From: Azolla caroliniana
Lineage: Eukaryota; Plantae; Polypodiophyta
Direction of reading: 5' to 3'
Assembly (NCBI GenBank): GCA_043228905.1
Contig: JBHGNT010000443.1
Coordinates: 1-25,194 of the forward strand
DNA length: 25,194 nt
The translations under genes and the position numbers were made by a program. Below, piece by piece: positions 21,935 through 25,194 of this stretch (position 1 is its first letter; each line of letters begins with the position of its first letter). The notes under the pieces were generated by a model. It had not been told where the DNA came from. It ran no database searches and saw only the letters and a list, made by a program, of their open reading frames with translations.

Positions 21935-24875
21935 TTAATTTAGGGGGAAGGGTTGTTGTGCTTCATAATGTGTCTTGCATAACCATGCAACTTGAGTACC
22001 CCCATATTATCATAGATGGCACGCCTCAAACGAAACTTCAAATATATGTTTTCATCTATTGCTTAGCCATTTTCTGCCAATATGGATGCCAAACACTTTT
22101 GCCATTCCTTGAAGGACTACTTTGTATCAAATTCAGATTTCATAATCTTTGATAAAATAGAGTAGCCTTTTGAAAGTTTCAAGTGGGGAATCCAATCAAG
22201 TATCCAAGGAACCATGGAATTCATACCGAGTCTAATAGCCTTAGTCAAAACGAAAAAGAAACCATTAATATAGTGAAGAGCTTTGTCTAGACTATCTCGA
22301 TGAGACTCTAACCAAGAGGTGAGGGTTATTCCAGGTTTGTTTTCCACTAGGGTGTGGCAATGTTGGATCCTCGCAATACAAATGGATTTGCACAGATGAT
22401 AATCCTAACATTTAAGTCCCCAATTTCTTTATCTTCTTGCCATCAATGGTTGTAAGGATAACGACTTGAGGGAGTTGCTTCTCTACCTCATTCTTTGTAG
22501 CTAACCTCAATAGCTTACCTATAGATTTCTCAACATTGGTTATAACATCTTTCCTCAAACATTGAAATTCTTGATGAAATTCTCTCCTCATTTTATCCAT
22601 CTTCCTTAAAACTTCTTTATGATTGGCATCTAGCGTCTGATATAAAATTGAGATTTCTTCTGCCATGATCTTGACAGATCGCATCTCAACATCAATTGCT
22701 TCGTCCAATATTCCATTCTTTCGATGTTGCAACGAGCTATTTTCCAAGCTTATGATGGTCATTCTTTGTTAGCTTTGTTGTTCCTTAAATATATTGATTT
22801 CATCATTCTCTAAGTACAATAAAGGATTTTCTACCTTTTCCTTGAGTGATGCTTTACATGACATGAGAACTTCCTTGTAATTCTCAGAACCGAGGAGATA
22901 AATGAAAGCATTTTGTAGAGGATGAGGGATTTGCCTAGCAAATTTCCATTCATAAGATTCTAGCTCACCCCGTAAAAGCATTCTTCTCAATTGCTCCTTC
23001 AAATAAGTTATTTTTACACATTGATATTTTCTGCCTTGTGGCCTTGATGGATAACGTAAGGAGTCAGGCTGGATGACGCTCCCAATTAGCTTAACCCCTT
23101 GGATGCCAATGGGTTGTGCACATATCGTGACCAAGGTATTGATGACATGCTTTAATTCCACATCAGCTAGGATTATCAGTTTATGACATTGTTGACTATT
23201 ATTTAGATTATTAGCCCGAACCAACACATCTATCACATGCTCTGATTTTGTTTGGTAAAACACAACAATAATCTCCTTGTTTGGAAAACAAATTGATATA
23301 AAATCTTTTCCCAACATGACGTTAGCCTTATAATCCTCCTCGACTAATTGGAAAGCTTTGTTAAATAACACTTGAACCCGCAAAAACAATCCTGGTGTAA
23401 TAAAGGTGTGATCCTTGTCTTCACACTCTAGCCTTCTACCCATATACACAAAACTAGCATCATCTACATTACTTGTGGCCGATAATCTCCATTGAAGTTT
23501 TTCTACGCCCCCATCTGTTAATAAGGTTGGGATAAAGAGACCATCCACATGGCTATTCGGGACACCATTGTTAATAATTGTGACTTTGCAACATAGGTGC
23601 ATTGCTTCCATCAAGTCTACCGACAATGAGCCCTTGACTTTGGATTTGACAACAGATTCCAAGCACTCCTCTAGGGAAACTATAGGGGTGCATCCATCGT
23701 CAAGCGGAATTGTACTCTTGGATGCTTTAGAGTTAGAGAAATCAATGAGGCTTCCCATGACCTCATTCAGAACCAATTGGGATTGAGAACAATGTTTCTA
23801 ATTCTATTCATGTATATGATGTTACCGGATTCATTCAAACATAGGGCGATTGCCTCCGATTTTGTTTTGTGGCTAGAAAATTGGGTAGGGCCTATTTCAG
23901 TGAACTTCTTCCTTGTGATGATTCCTTCTTTTGTATCCTTCAAATGCTTCGACAATAGTTTATTTACTTGTGTGCAAATGTTGTATCAATATATTGGAGC
24001 ATGTCTTTTGCGATGTCGAAGATACGCCTTGCTACAGCTCTGACGGAATCCTTCTTTCTCACATCCACATGGAAAGGAGAGTCCAAAATGTCAATCACCT
24101 CTTTGAAATCTGATCAAAGTGAATCAAGTCGAGTTGAGAAAACCTGCGAGAGAGCTGCCATTTAGTCTTCTCGTGTGAATACCGCCATCACTTTAAGAGT
24201 AGTGTTGGATTGGCGCCTTTTGGAGGCGAGGAACTTGAGCTAGTACCTGAAGCTTGCTTCAAAGTCCGCCTCTTTTTTCACTGCTCCTTTCTTGTTACCT
24301 TTGCTGTCGATGGGACTCCAAACGAACATGAACATGGATGGGAGCTGATAAGAGCTGGTTCCGATGTCCGGGAACATGCAGTCGTGGAATGCATGGAACT
24401 CTTGTTGGCTTGCCATGTCCCACAATGACACTCTAATTCCCTCTCTTTCGATGGCTCCCACCTGTGTGGCAAACAGGGCCCTCATAAACTTATCTCTCTT
24501 ACGTGTGCCATACATGGAACGCATGGTAGATATAAGTGTGGTCTTCCCTACACCAATCAAATCATGCACTGCAAGTGTTAGTGTTTAAGCTTTATGAATG
24601 TAGCATGTCAACTGATTTCAATGTCTGCCTACGAATGGATCTCCACAGATGAGCAATCGCATAGAAGTGGCAGGCACTCGCGTGGAATCCAATCCCAACA
24701 AGAAATTGCGCTGGTTCCTGTGCAGAGCTGCCCTTGATTAGTTGCGGTTTTGGTTGAGATTGGAGGGTCCGAGGTTGAGTAGAGTTGCCCTTGATTTCAC
24801 GACGGCTTCTCTCACCTCCTCGTATTCCCAACGCGTCCACATGTATTTGTGAGGAGGTGGGAGGTGCTGCTCCAT
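21935..24875 (-). pseudogene. TRN1-like LRR-Roc-COR pseudogene (copy 3, type A C-terminus)
   Basis: The ATG at 24875 gives MEQHLPPPHKYMWTRWEYEEVREAVVKSRATLLNL, with TAA at codon 46 and the whole LRR region deleted. Intron 24628..24548. A 21-nt deletion removes G2 (GRTRGIE), and DMAGQ has become DMASQ. Stops at 24240, 22769, 22412 and 22117; frameshifts near 23990, 23770 and 22350. The tail AWLCKTHYEAQQPFPLN* and the 3' flank match copy 1. Confidence 0.88.
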
Positions 24876-24970
24876 GGGGTCAGTGTATGAATAAGAAGAA
24901 AATGGGCAGAAAATTTAACAAAACGCGGACCAATGTGGAGTCCAGTTTACTTCAGCAAAAGGATAACTCA

Positions 24971-25114
24971 TTATCTCTCTCTTTCTTTTTTTCGTAATTA
25001 GCCTACCCTAGTGGTAAGTCGATAACACTACAAGCATTGTGTTTATCTCTCTCTTTCTTTTTTTCGTAATTAGCCTACCCTAGTGGTAAGTCGATAACAC
25101 TACAAGCACTGTGT
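24971..25114. repeat. 72-bp tandem duplication (2 copies, 1 mismatch)
   Basis: ttatctctctctttc...gcctaccctagtggtaagtcgataacactacaagca(t/c)tgtgt starts at 24971 and at 25043. Confidence 0.92.
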
Positions 25115-25131
25115 GCTGGGTTCAAAACCCA
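25070..25131 (+). mobile_element. Possible tRNA-derived (SINE-head-like) sequence
   Basis: An A-box-like CCTAGTGGTAA and a B-box-like GGGTTCAAAACCC (25118-25130) lie at tRNA-like spacing. There is no convincing acceptor stem. Confidence 0.35.
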
Positions 25132-25194
25132 ATTTTCTCACCTCTCTATTATATACCATATATATCTCTATTTCACTAGATGCCATTGTGGAAT

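Noticed and set aside
25070-25140. Functional tRNA gene
   Set aside because: No 7-bp acceptor stem or clear anticodon arm could be formed by eye.

Overview
AT-rich, intron-containing eukaryotic DNA that looks like a land plant, plausibly a bryophyte (inferred from gene family and repeat style). The window is dominated by a minus-strand tandem array of TORNADO1-like LRR-Roc(GTPase)-COR genes. There is one intact two-exon copy (join 6168..5016, 4917..2276; 1264 aa) whose intron splits the P-loop and has a GC donor. There are two full-span pseudogenes (14429..10925 and 24875..21935) that each lost most of the LRR region at different breakpoints, and a short fourth relic (1634..1780). The 3' ends alternate B-A-B-A. 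Duplicated upstream blocks and retroelement debris separate the copies: LTR+PBS remnants, an L1-like 3' end with poly(A), and a young 1.16 kb TRIM-like LTR element carrying an internal hairpin minisatellite. The most interesting reading, which is inference, is a birth-and-death, R-gene-like cluster of non-NLR LRR-GTPase receptors. No rRNA, intact tRNA or CRISPR array is supported.
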